From: Clostridia bacterium
Lineage (GTDB): Bacteria; Bacillota; Clostridia; Oscillospirales; CAG-272
Assembly (NCBI GenBank): GCA_017540175.1
Contig: JAFYBN010000125.1
Coordinates: 6,108 to 70,107 of the forward strand
DNA: 64,000 nt
Direction of reading: 5' to 3'
This document shows, piece after piece, positions 49,114-57,980 of the stretch. The number at the start of each line of letters is the position of its first letter. Position 1 is the stretch's first letter. The notes beneath the pieces were generated by a model, which worked only from the letters and a program-made list of their open reading frames with translations, made no database searches and was not told the origin of the DNA. The position numbers were made by a program, and so were the translations under genes.

Positions 49114-49143
49114 AGTATTGCCGGGGAGGGCGGGAAATTATGC
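49114..49143 (-). promoter_or_regulatory. Forespore (sigmaF/sigmaG-class)-like promoter upstream of sigG
   Basis: Minus strand reads GCATA (49143-49139), 16-nt spacer, GGCAATACT (49122-49114); compare the published sigmaF consensus GCATR-N15-GGHRARHTX. The match is imperfect. Confidence 0.4.
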
Positions 49144-49170
49144 GCGTTTCGTTCTGGCAAGTCCTGCCGC

Positions 49171-50190
49171 TTACTTTGTCTCCTGCTTCACGAGCGCGAT
49201 GCTGAGCGTGCCGAGATCGCTTGCCGAATACCGCAGAGAGTTCGGCTGGTAGGCTTTCACGGCGGGGATGGAGAACATCGCCTTGTTTTCGAAGAGATCC
49301 TTCGCCGCGGCGAGAGCGGCGGCCTTGTTCGGGTATTTGATCCGGATTTCGGGACCGACGTGCTTTTCGATGAAGGCGGCGGTGCTTTCGCAGTCGTATC
49401 CGTCGAGGCAGAGTCCGCTTTTGACGTAGTAATTGCACGCGTTCGCCGTGCACTTCGGGACGTTTTGTCCGCTCTCGATCGTGTGGTTGTACAGGATGGT
49501 CGCGGTGTCTACGCAGAAATAGTCGTGGACGCGGAATCCGCCGCCGCCCGCGTAGATCGGGTCGTCCCACGTCACGTCGACGTGGTACCACTCGCCCTCA
49601 AGCTCGACGATGTTCCATTCGTGGGGCGCGCCGCTTCTCAGATCCGTGCCGTGGATGCGCGCGCACGGGATGCCGAGCCGCCCCGTGAGGACCTGCAGCG
49701 CCGCGGAATATCCGGAGCAGACCGCGTGATGGCGGACCAGACATCCGTACGCTCCGGTGCTCTCGGATTTCTCCACGCCCGGACCGTTCGAGATCACGAG
49801 CTCTGCCGCGCCCTTATCGTATTCCGTCTCGTCCACGAGCGTGTCGTGGCAGAACAGGAGCTTGTCATACGGGGTTTTCAGCTTCTCGGCGCGGTTCACG
49901 ATCTTCTGAACAGCTTCATTGAAGCGCTCGATCCTCTCGTCAAGGATCTGCCCTTGTGAGCGAAAGGCGGGCTCGAGCCGGATCGTGGTGCCGTTCTGAT
50001 CCGTTCTCTTCATGTATTTTGCGCTGCCGGTGAGCCAGAAAATCTCCGGGTGATCGGCGAGGACTTTTTTGAATACGTCGAACACCTCGCCGGAGCAGTC
50101 ATAGGAAAAGATCAGGGCCTTCTCCCGCGCGGCGAGTCCCGCCTCGATCTCCTTGTACAGGTCGTGTTTTTCCGTGTTGTTGTCCGTCAT
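49171..50190 (-). CDS. Transglutaminase-like cysteine peptidase domain protein
   Basis: Inner start MTDNNTEKHD (ATG 50190 after GGAGGCG); Cys-His-Asp core HHAVCSGYS ... PHEWN ... HVDVTWDD. Confidence 0.8.
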   Translation of the reverse strand: MTDNNTEKHDLYKEIEAGLAAREKALIFSYDCSGEVFDVFKKVLADHPEIFWLTGSAKYMKRTDQNGTTIRLEPAFRSQGQILDERIERFNEAVQKIVNRAEKLKTPYDKLLFCHDTLVDETEYDKGAAELVISNGPGVEKSESTGAYGCLVRHHAVCSGYSAALQVLTGRLGIPCARIHGTDLRSGAPHEWNIVELEGEWYHVDVTWDDPIYAGGGGFRVHDYFCVDTATILYNHTIESGQNVPKCTANACNYYVKSGLCLDGYDCESTAAFIEKHVGPEIRIKYPNKAAALAAAKDLFENKAMFSIPAVKAYQPNSLRYSASDLGTLSIALVKQETK

Positions 50191-50237
50191 AGACGCCTCC
50201 TTCAATTCGTTCGTTCTTCCGTTCTTTGCCTGAGTTC

Positions 50238-51524
50238 TCAAAGTCCCGTATAGCCGCCCGTCTCCGTGATTCGGCTTTGGACGGCCGTGGCGTCCGCTTG
50301 CTGTACGCACGTGCCGTTTTTGCGCGCGATCGCCGCGGCGATGCCCGCCGCCTCGCCCGTGGTCGAGCAGATGGGCATGATGCGGATCGACGCCTGGGCC
50401 TCGTGGGTCGCCGAAATGCAGCGCCCGCCGACGAGGAGGTTTTCGCACTCCTCCGCCTTCGGCGTGAGGGAGCGGTAGGGGATGGTGTACCAGGTGCCCT
50501 CGGCGAAATAATAATGGCTCGTGCCGGTCCCCTCCGGGTTGTGGATGTCGATGTCATAGTTTCCGGCGGCTATGGCATCCGGGAATTTCGTGCACGCGAC
50601 GAGGTCCTCCCCCGTGAGCACATACGCGCCGTCGAGCATGCGGCTTTCCCGCACGCCGATGCTTGCCGCCGTTTCGATGAGCTTCGCGTTCTCAAGTCCC
50701 GGGATTTGATTCTCGCGGAAGAAATCGAGCAGTTCTCTGACCTGCCGCCTTGCCTCCGCCTCCGCGCGGGAGACGTCGAAGGGATCGACCGGATTCAGCT
50801 TCACCACCCGCGTCGTGTTGAAGTGGAGCACGCCGTCGATGGGATAATCGAACACGAGGATGTTCTCGCGCGGATTGGAGAAGCGTCCCGCCTCGAGCCA
50901 TTCGCGGTGCAGGCGGCTCCACGTCTCACGGTTCGCGAAAAAGGTCTTTTTGTCGGCGTTCACCATGCGGAAGCACAGCGTCATCGGCTGGCAGAGATTG
51001 TCGCCCGGTCTGCCGAGCCTTGTGGACACGCCCGCCATGACGCAGAGATCGGCGTCCCCCGTCGCGTCGACGAACATGTCCGCGCAGAAGGTCAGCACGC
51101 CGGATTTCGTCGCGGCGTCGACCGAGACGATCCTTGCCCCTTCCTTCTTCACGCCGCAGAGCGTCGCGTGAAACAGGACCGTGACACCCGACTCCGCGGT
51201 TTTTTCGTCGAGGATGAGCTTCACGTCCTCGTCTAGGTACGAGCTGTCGCCGCGGATGCCGCCGCGCTCGCGCAGAGCGTCCACAAGCTCCCGCAGAAAG
51301 CCGCGGCTCAGCTCATGTCTGTGCCGCGCTCCGTTTTCGTCCGTCACCGTGGTGGTATAGGGCATGAAGGGGAAAATCAGATTCCCGGACAGCGCTCCGC
51401 CGAGCGATCCCGCCGCCTCGATGAGGAGCACCCGCTCGCCCATTCTCGCCGCCGCGACCGCCGCCGCGCAGCCGGTCAGGCCGCCGCCGACCACGATCAC
51501 ATCGTATTTGTTCTCACAAAGCAT
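50238..51524 (-). CDS. FAD-dependent oxidoreductase
   Basis: Inner start MLCENKYDVIVVGGGLTGCAAA (ATG 51524 after GGGAGG); dinucleotide-binding GxGxxG; own extended -10 TGtTATAAT (TATAAT at 51561-51556). Confidence 0.85.
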   Translation of the reverse strand: MLCENKYDVIVVGGGLTGCAAAVAAARMGERVLLIEAAGSLGGALSGNLIFPFMPYTTTVTDENGARHRHELSRGFLRELVDALRERGGIRGDSSYLDEDVKLILDEKTAESGVTVLFHATLCGVKKEGARIVSVDAATKSGVLTFCADMFVDATGDADLCVMAGVSTRLGRPGDNLCQPMTLCFRMVNADKKTFFANRETWSRLHREWLEAGRFSNPRENILVFDYPIDGVLHFNTTRVVKLNPVDPFDVSRAEAEARRQVRELLDFFRENQIPGLENAKLIETAASIGVRESRMLDGAYVLTGEDLVACTKFPDAIAAGNYDIDIHNPEGTGTSHYYFAEGTWYTIPYRSLTPKAEECENLLVGGRCISATHEAQASIRIMPICSTTGEAAGIAAAIARKNGTCVQQADATAVQSRITETGGYTGL

Positions 51525-51563
51525 CTCATGCCTCCCGTTATGTTTGTTTGATGCCATTATAAC

Positions 51564-51594
51564 AGAAAACCCCGGATATTGCAAGTATCCGGGG
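51564..51594 (-). terminator. Rho-independent terminator closing the nif-like operon
   Basis: Minus strand reads CCCCGGATA-CTTGCAA-TATCCGGGG followed by TTTTCTGTT, 17 nt after the hydF stop. Confidence 0.8.
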
Positions 51595-51611
51595 AAAAAG
51601 AGAAGTTCGAA

Positions 51612-52811
51612 TCAATCGTTCAAAACGGGTTTCAGCGCGCGGGAGAGGATGCCGTTCATCTCGGCGATGGCGACGCCGTAGTTCACCATGGGAACGCCCG
51701 CCTCGGCACATCGCGCCATGCGGCTTTTCATTTCCCGCTCGTTCAGCATGCACCCGCCGCAATGAACGACGACGCTGTATTCCGAGAGATCGTCCGGGAA
51801 CTCGCCGCCGGAGGTGAAGGAGAAGGACGGCTCGGCGTGGGAATAATTCCGGATCCACATGGGGAGCTTCACCGTGCCGATGTCTCCGCACTGCCGCCTG
51901 TGGGAGCATCCCTCGGCGATCAGCACGCGGTCCCCGTCCCCGAGGGAGCGCAGAGCCTCCGCGCCGCGCACGAGCGCGCCCAGCTCGCCCTTATACCGCG
52001 CGAACAGGATGGAGAACGAGGTGAGGGGCACGTCCTCTGGCACGAGCTTTGAGACCCGCGCGAACGCCTGCGAATCCGTGATGACGACGGCGGGCTTTTC
52101 ACAGAGCGACGCCAGAGCGCCGGGGAGCTCCGTGTCCCGGACGCAGACGACCGCCGCGCCCGCCTCGAGCAGGTCGCGGATGACCTGCTGCTGGGGCAAA
52201 ATCAACCGTCCCTTCGGCGCGGCGTCGTCGATGGGGATGACGAGCACGGCGCAGTCTCCCGGCTTCACGAGATCGGCGGCGACGTGCTTTTCGACCCGTC
52301 CCGCGGAGCCGAGCGCGGCGATTTTCGCCCGCAGCGCGTCGATCCCCTCTCCCGTGAGCGCGGAGACGGCGATCCCGTCTTCCACGGCTACGGATTCGAC
52401 CACGAGATCGCTCTTGTTGTATGCGATCACATACGGGATGTTTCTCTCCCGGAAGACGGCGAGCAGGGCGCGGTCATCATCGCCGAGCCCGACGGACGCG
52501 TCGACCGTCAGCACGGCGACGTCAACGCCGCTCATGGCCTGTTTCGCCCGCTCGACGCGCAGGGAGCCGAGCTCGCCCTCGTCGTCGATGCCGGGGGTGT
52601 CGATCAGCACAACGGGACCGAGCGGCAAAAGCTCCATCGCCTTCTTGACGGGGTCGGTCGTCGTGCCCTTCACGGGGGAGACGACGGCGATCTTCTGGTT
52701 TGCGACGGCGTTCATCAGGCTCGATTTCCCGGCGTTGCGCATGCCGAAAAAGCCGATGTGAACACGCTCGCCGGACGGGGCCTCGTTCAGGGACGCGAGA
52801 TTCTTTTCCAT
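51612..52811 (-). CDS. hydF: [FeFe]-hydrogenase-type maturation GTPase HydF
   Basis: 399 aa; GTPase motifs GMRNAGKSS, DTPG, NKSD; C-terminal cluster motif CSH...HCGGC (the CxH / HCxxC signature of HydF). Confidence 0.85.
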   Translation of the reverse strand: MEKNLASLNEAPSGERVHIGFFGMRNAGKSSLMNAVANQKIAVVSPVKGTTTDPVKKAMELLPLGPVVLIDTPGIDDEGELGSLRVERAKQAMSGVDVAVLTVDASVGLGDDDRALLAVFRERNIPYVIAYNKSDLVVESVAVEDGIAVSALTGEGIDALRAKIAALGSAGRVEKHVAADLVKPGDCAVLVIPIDDAAPKGRLILPQQQVIRDLLEAGAAVVCVRDTELPGALASLCEKPAVVITDSQAFARVSKLVPEDVPLTSFSILFARYKGELGALVRGAEALRSLGDGDRVLIAEGCSHRRQCGDIGTVKLPMWIRNYSHAEPSFSFTSGGEFPDDLSEYSVVVHCGGCMLNEREMKSRMARCAEAGVPMVNYGVAIAEMNGILSRALKPVLND

Positions 52812-52834
52812 ATGCCGATCCTTCCCTTTTCCGC

Positions 52835-53940
52835 TCAGAACGCCGAAGCGGCGGACGACGGGTCGAAGATGCGGTTCGCCTGTTCGTCGGTGAGCTCGAT
52901 GCCGAAGACCTCGCGGTAGTACGCCCTGGTCTCCGCCGTGATGTCGATGTCGGCGAAGAGTTCGGGATAGACGGTCTTCGCCATCCAGAGCAGCGTCACG
53001 GGCGTGTCGACGCCGCAGGTGTAGCTGCGGTACATGCCGAGGGGCATTTTATAGACCTTGCCGTTCTTCACGGCGTCGACCTCGCTCCAGTCGTAGTTGC
53101 CCACGGTGTTATTGATGAGATCGGCAGGTTTTGCGGGGTTGAAGTTCGTGATGAGGATCTTCTGCGGGTTCCACGCGTAGATCTGTTCCATCGTCACGGC
53201 GGTGGAATTGTCCGTTTCCATTTCCGAGCCGACGTTGTACGCGCCGACCGCGTCCGCCCACCACTGACCGAAGAAATGCCTGCCGGAGGTGGTGATGGTC
53301 GTTTCGTTGTACTGGAAGAGGAAGAACACTTTCTCAGCAGTGTCCAGCGCGGCAACTCTGTCCTGAACGCGCTGATACACGTCCGCGCTGTAGGTCTTGA
53401 CCTTTTCGGCGCGGTCCTTGTTCGCGGGGAAGATCTCGGAGAGCAGAAGGATCCAGTTGTTCAGGGTTTCGATGGCGTCGTAATCCCATTTGCCCGCGGC
53501 GACCGAGATGCCGGGGATGCCCGCGTTTTTGAGCTGTTCGCCGATCTGGGGCGTGCTGCCGTAGAAGACGACGTCGGGCTCGAGCTTCATGAGCTCTTCG
53601 ATGTTGACGGTCGTGCCGTCGATGAAGTCCGTTTTCGCGTCAAGGATCTCCGGATAGAGCTCGGAGAGCAGGCTGTTTTTCGCGGCGGTCATGCTCGGGG
53701 GAGCCATTCCGACGATCTTTTCGGCGGAATCGAAGAACACGGCGAGCACGCTCACGAGGGGGTAGATGTCACAGACGACGATGCGGTTGATCTCTGCGGG
53801 CACCTCGACGACGTTGCCGCGTGGTCGGTGACGGTCACTTTGCCGTCGGTCTTTTCGGTTTTACCCGCGCACCCGGCAAACGCGCCCGAGAGCATGAGGA
53901 CGGCGAGGAGTGCGGAAATGAGACGGAGGGAGGTTTTCAT
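52835..53940 (-). pseudogene. Chelate (iron-siderophore/cobalamin/heme type) ABC substrate-binding lipoprotein, frameshifted
   Basis: The signal peptide and lipobox ORF (53940..53752, MKTSLRLISALLAVLMLSGAFAGC) and the binding-domain ORF (53803..52835, ...VPAEINRIVV...) are in different frames. Restoring one G in GACCACGCGGC near 53817-53822 gives continuous ...VTVTDHAGNVVEVPAEINRIVV... Confidence 0.8.
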
Positions 53941-55112
53941 AAATCAAATTCCTTTCTGAACTTGTTGAAATCACGGATGAGGTCGGGAATATCCCGGCGG
54001 AACATACGCCCGGAAAAGCCCTCGTGCGGCAGCGGGACAAAGCGCGCCGTTTTCGGGACGATCGGGCGGTAGAGCGGATCGGCGATCACGGTTTCCGCGT
54101 TCTTGAGCAGGGGGGCGAGATCGTCCTCGTCAACCGCCATGGGGCAGCCGGACGCGGTGAGAAGCGGGTCGGTGTCGGTCGCGGAAACCGCGCGGGTGGG
54201 CACGCCGCTCTCAAGCGTCAGAGCGCGGGCGAGGGAGCATGCCGTCACGCCCTCGCCGATGACGACGCGGCGGGCGTCCGATTCTCCGATCCCGATCACG
54301 CGGCATTCTCCGTCATCCGCCGACTTGCGGAGCAGGGAAAAGAGTTCTTCGGCATACCGGTCGCCAACGGGCGTGCCGACGACGTACGGGGTGCCGAACC
54401 GCTCCTTCAGAACCTTTGCCGCGCCCATGCCCGCGCCGGACACGACGAGATTGACCGCCGCGGAGGCGCTTTTTTTGAGCTCGTCGAGGGACGAGCCCAT
54501 CGCCCAGCGGGAGAGGACGGAAAAGCCGTTTGCCTCAAGCAGGTCCTTCATGGCGGCGTCGGCGCCGAGGACGGAAAAATCGAGCGGGGTCAGTCCGAGA
54601 AGATTGACGGGGATGCCCTTTTGAACTGTTCCTTGATTGTCCTGCACGGTCACAAACCGTTCAGCGACCGCGGCGAGCGCCGCTGACGCGCCCCAGACAT
54701 AGGAGCGCATTCCGTTCGTGTCGAAGCCGAACGAGGGGATCCCCGTACGGTCTTCGATCTGCCGCGCGACCGCGGCGAAATCCACGCCGGTCATCATGGG
54801 AATCGGCGTTCCGGCGATCGCGACGAACGCGGGCTTCAGTTCCCGCGCGGCCTTCACGACGTCGCCGATCAGCTTTTCGTCGTCGCCGAGCATCGCCTCG
54901 ACCTCCGTCAGGGCGGAAATAAAGACAAGGCTGTCGTGATCGTACCAGCGCGGCTCGTCGTGGGTATTGTAGGTGGAATTGCATCCGGAGGCGTCGTGCA
55001 TGACGGTCATGCCGCCGAGCTCGAAGAGCGCCGACGCGACGCCGGAGGTGTCCCCCGCGTAGGTGGAGATGATCCTTGCAGTCTGCTTTACTGACATAAG
55101 CCGCACCCCCAT
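53937..55112 (-). CDS. Nitrogenase component 1-type oxidoreductase, beta-like subunit (NifK/BchB/BchZ-like)
   Basis: 391 aa; HDASGCNSTY cluster loop, AFVAIAGTPIP, overall Oxidored_nitro layout; start ATG 55112 or ATG 55097, both overlapping the upstream gene; TGA overlaps the next ATG. Confidence 0.8.
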   Translation of the reverse strand: MGVRLMSVKQTARIISTYAGDTSGVASALFELGGMTVMHDASGCNSTYNTHDEPRWYDHDSLVFISALTEVEAMLGDDEKLIGDVVKAARELKPAFVAIAGTPIPMMTGVDFAAVARQIEDRTGIPSFGFDTNGMRSYVWGASAALAAVAERFVTVQDNQGTVQKGIPVNLLGLTPLDFSVLGADAAMKDLLEANGFSVLSRWAMGSSLDELKKSASAAVNLVVSGAGMGAAKVLKERFGTPYVVGTPVGDRYAEELFSLLRKSADDGECRVIGIGESDARRVVIGEGVTACSLARALTLESGVPTRAVSATDTDPLLTASGCPMAVDEDDLAPLLKNAETVIADPLYRPIVPKTARFVPLPHEGFSGRMFRRDIPDLIRDFNKFRKEFDL

Positions 55113-56404
55113 CCCTTGATCCCGATGAGTCCCCGGGTGTCCTTTTCTTCAAGGAAGGCTTCGGTCATGAGCTCTGCCGTACGGATCACCGCGTCGAAGC
55201 CCCAAAGCCCGCCGTTTTCGACGACGTTCACAAAGTGCGGGGACGAGGTGAAGTAAGCGGCCTTCTGCCCGACGGCGAGCGTACGCGGATCGCCGTCCCG
55301 GGGCATGACGCGCATCGAGGGGTGCACCGTCGGCCAGATCATGAGCTGCGGCGCTTCGTGTTTCAGAGCTTCGAAATCCTCTTTTTCCTCCCCCGTGAAG
55401 GAGTCCGCGTAGATCCGCTTCACCCGGAAGCCATGCTTCAAAAGGAGCCGGGCAAGGCTCAGGGGACGGGAGAACGCCGTGTAATCGATCACGACGGGCA
55501 CGTCGCCGATCACCCGCTTCGCCTCCCGCATCGCCGCCTCACATTCCGCTCTATTCTGTGACCAGTCGGGGACGGGAATGCCGAGCGCGGCACAGAGCTT
55601 TTCGTACTGCGCTTCGATCTCGTCCGCGTCGAAGCTGAACGGGAGGTGGAGATGCTTCATGCCGTGCTTTTCGGCGAGCATTTTCCCGGCGGGAATCGCG
55701 GCGGGCTGGGTTGTCAGCGCGAACGCGGCGCGGGCGAGCTCAAGGTATTCGGAAAAGGTTTTCGCCTGCTGGATTTCGGAGTGCCGGAAGCCGTTTTCAC
55801 GGAGAAGAGCCGTGAAATCCCCTTCTTCGACGGCGAAATCCCCGCCGACGGAGAGGACGGTCTTCGGGTCGTGTTCCTTCGGATCGAGCAGGCTGTAAAG
55901 CTGACGCCGCATGAGCTGATCGGGCGTCAGACCGGATTTGCGCATGATGGGGTTCATATAGCAGTCCGTGAACCGCACGGAGGGAAAGCGTCTTCCGAGC
56001 TCCCCGTAGGCGAGCGTGAGATCGGTTCCCATGAAATGGTGGACGCAGCTCGTATAGACGAGCACGGCGGGCGGCAGGGACGGCAGTTTTTCGAGGATGT
56101 CCGTAACACCCTCGACGAGCAGATTTTCGAGATCGCCGTCAAGCACGTTGTTTTCGCGGACCGCCACGGTCGAAAAGCGCTCCGACGCGCCCATTTCCGC
56201 CGCGGTGAGCACCACGCCGCGCAGGCATCCCTGCGCGCAGACGAAGATCTCGTGCGCTTCGGGCACAAGCATGCCCGTGTGCGCGATGTTCCACGTTCCG
56301 CGTGCGGGAGCCGCGTATTCGAGCCCCGCGTCAAACGGCGCGGGGAAGGAAGCCTCCGATATGGGAAGGGGCTTTCCCTCTTTTTCGCCGAGCTTTCGGA
56401 TCAT
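55088..56404 (-). CDS. Nitrogenase component 1-type oxidoreductase, alpha-like subunit (NifD/BchN/BchY-like)
   Basis: 438 aa; N-terminal cysteines in FVCAQGCLRG and VYTSCVHHF; Oxidored_nitro-like three-domain layout; ATGA overlap with the nifH-like gene. Confidence 0.8.
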   Translation of the reverse strand: MIRKLGEKEGKPLPISEASFPAPFDAGLEYAAPARGTWNIAHTGMLVPEAHEIFVCAQGCLRGVVLTAAEMGASERFSTVAVRENNVLDGDLENLLVEGVTDILEKLPSLPPAVLVYTSCVHHFMGTDLTLAYGELGRRFPSVRFTDCYMNPIMRKSGLTPDQLMRRQLYSLLDPKEHDPKTVLSVGGDFAVEEGDFTALLRENGFRHSEIQQAKTFSEYLELARAAFALTTQPAAIPAGKMLAEKHGMKHLHLPFSFDADEIEAQYEKLCAALGIPVPDWSQNRAECEAAMREAKRVIGDVPVVIDYTAFSRPLSLARLLLKHGFRVKRIYADSFTGEEKEDFEALKHEAPQLMIWPTVHPSMRVMPRDGDPRTLAVGQKAAYFTSSPHFVNVVENGGLWGFDAVIRTAELMTEAFLEEKDTRGLIGIKGWGCGLCQ

Positions 56405-57162
56405 ATTCCCTCCTGTGCAGCTGCGATCACGGCGTCCGCGAGCGCGCGGTACTCAGCCGCGGTCTCGCTGTCCGGAAAAGCTTCGATCACGGTCTTCATG
56501 AGCTCTTCGGCGTCCGTCACCGTATCGCTGCGGCTGATCGAGCCGACGACGCGGGAGCCGATCTTCCCGGCGAGCGCGCCGACCTTTTCGTCCTCGTTTT
56601 TCACGTTCCGGCGGTTCAAAATCAGCCCGCCGAAGGTGGCGTAGCCGCGGTTTTTGAAACCGTCGACCGCCGCGGCGATGTTCTCGGCGGCGTGAAGCGA
56701 CATGTTCTCCCCGGAGGTCACGACGAAGACCTGTTCCGCGTAGCCGGGTCGCATGGGCATGGTGAAGCCGCCGCACACGACGTCGCCAAGCACGTCGTAA
56801 AAGACGACGTCCGGCTGATAGACCTCGTACGCTCCTTTTTCGCGGAGCTTTTCGAGCGCGGCAATGATCCCTCTTCCGGCACATCCCGTACCCGGCGCGG
56901 GACCGCCCGCCTCGACGCAGATCACGTCCGCGTACCCCCAGCAGGTCATGTCCGAGAGCGAGAAATCGTTTCCCCTCTCCCGCACGAGATCGAGCACGGA
57001 CGGCAGTTCCCGTCCGCCGCGCAGAAGAAGGGTGGAATCCGCCTTCGGGTCGCAGCCGATCTGCATAACGCTGAGGCCTCTTTCGCCCAGCGCCGCCGCG
57101 ACGTTTGCCGCCGTGGTCGATTTCCCGATGCCGCCCTTTCCGTAGATCGCGATTCGTTTCAT
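56401..57162 (-). CDS. NifH/BchL/CfbC-family ATP-dependent reductase (iron protein homologue)
   Basis: 253 aa; P-loop YGKGGIGKST, switch I GCDPKADST, cluster cysteines in GTGCAGRG and DVVCGGF. Confidence 0.9.
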   Translation of the reverse strand: MKRIAIYGKGGIGKSTTAANVAAALGERGLSVMQIGCDPKADSTLLLRGGRELPSVLDLVRERGNDFSLSDMTCWGYADVICVEAGGPAPGTGCAGRGIIAALEKLREKGAYEVYQPDVVFYDVLGDVVCGGFTMPMRPGYAEQVFVVTSGENMSLHAAENIAAAVDGFKNRGYATFGGLILNRRNVKNEDEKVGALAGKIGSRVVGSISRSDTVTDAEELMKTVIEAFPDSETAAEYRALADAVIAAAQEGI

Positions 57163-57980
57163 ATCTGTTCTCCTTTGTCCGCGTCATCCGCGAGCCGGAC
57201 CGGGAGGATCCCGCGGACCCTCGTCCCGTCCGCTTCAAACTCGCCGACGACCGTTTCGACGCCGAACGCCTCCCGGATGTGGTCCCGGGTGACGATGATG
57301 TCGGTTTCACCGAACAGGGCGCGCCCGTCTTTGCCGAGCAGAAGCGAACGGTCGGCGTGCTGCAGCGCGTGTTCGGGATAATGCGTATTGAAAATGACCG
57401 CCATGCCGCCCTTTGCGAGGGAGCGCAGCGTTTCGAGCACAATGAGCCGGTTTTTGAAATCGAGGTTCGATTCCGGCTCGTCCAAAATGAGAAGCTCCGG
57501 TTTCGCCGCGAGGGCGCGCGCGATGAGGACCATCTGCGCCTCTCCCCCGCTGAGCTCGTCGAACCGGCGTCCGAGCAGGGCGGAAATGCCGAGCTCTGCC
57601 GCGAGAGAACGCACGAAGCCGCGCTCCTCTTCTCCGGGGGAGGAGAAGACGCCGATCCGGCCCGTGCACCCGAGCAGGATCATGTCCTCGACGGCGAGGG
57701 AAACCGGATTGCCCCTTGCCTGCGGGACATAGGAGATCCGTCTCCAGAGCTGGCGGGACGGAATGCTTCCAAGCTCCGTGCCGTCGATGAGGGTGCGACC
57801 CGCGCTCCACGGCAGAAAGCCCGCCATACAGCGCAGCAGGGTCGTCTTCCCCGCCCCGTTGGGACCGAGAACGGCGACGAGCTGACCGGAGCTCACGGAA
57901 AAACTGAGCTCGGAAAGCACGGGCTTTCCTTTTTTGTACGCGAAGGACGCGTTTTCAACCGTCAGATTCACAGCCTCCAC
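57159..57980 (-). CDS. ABC transporter ATP-binding protein, FepC/FecE/BtuD type
   Basis: Walker A GPNGAGKTT, signature LSGGEAQ, Walker B LILDEPES; ATGA overlap with the nifH-like gene. Confidence 0.9.
   Translation of the reverse strand: MEAVNLTVENASFAYKKGKPVLSELSFSVSSGQLVAVLGPNGAGKTTLLRCMAGFLPWSAGRTLIDGTELGSIPSRQLWRRISYVPQARGNPVSLAVEDMILLGCTGRIGVFSSPGEEERGFVRSLAAELGISALLGRRFDELSGGEAQMVLIARALAAKPELLILDEPESNLDFKNRLIVLETLRSLAKGGMAVIFNTHYPEHALQHADRSLLLGKDGRALFGETDIIVTRDHIREAFGVETVVGEFEADGTRVRGILPVRLADDADKGEQI

Noticed and set aside
53937-57162. Bona fide nitrogenase (nifHDK) locus
   Set aside because: The D/K homologues are short, with a 3+1 rather than 3+3 cluster-cysteine pattern. No nifB/E/N/V/X or molybdate transport genes are nearby. 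The genes are embedded in a chelate-importer operon.
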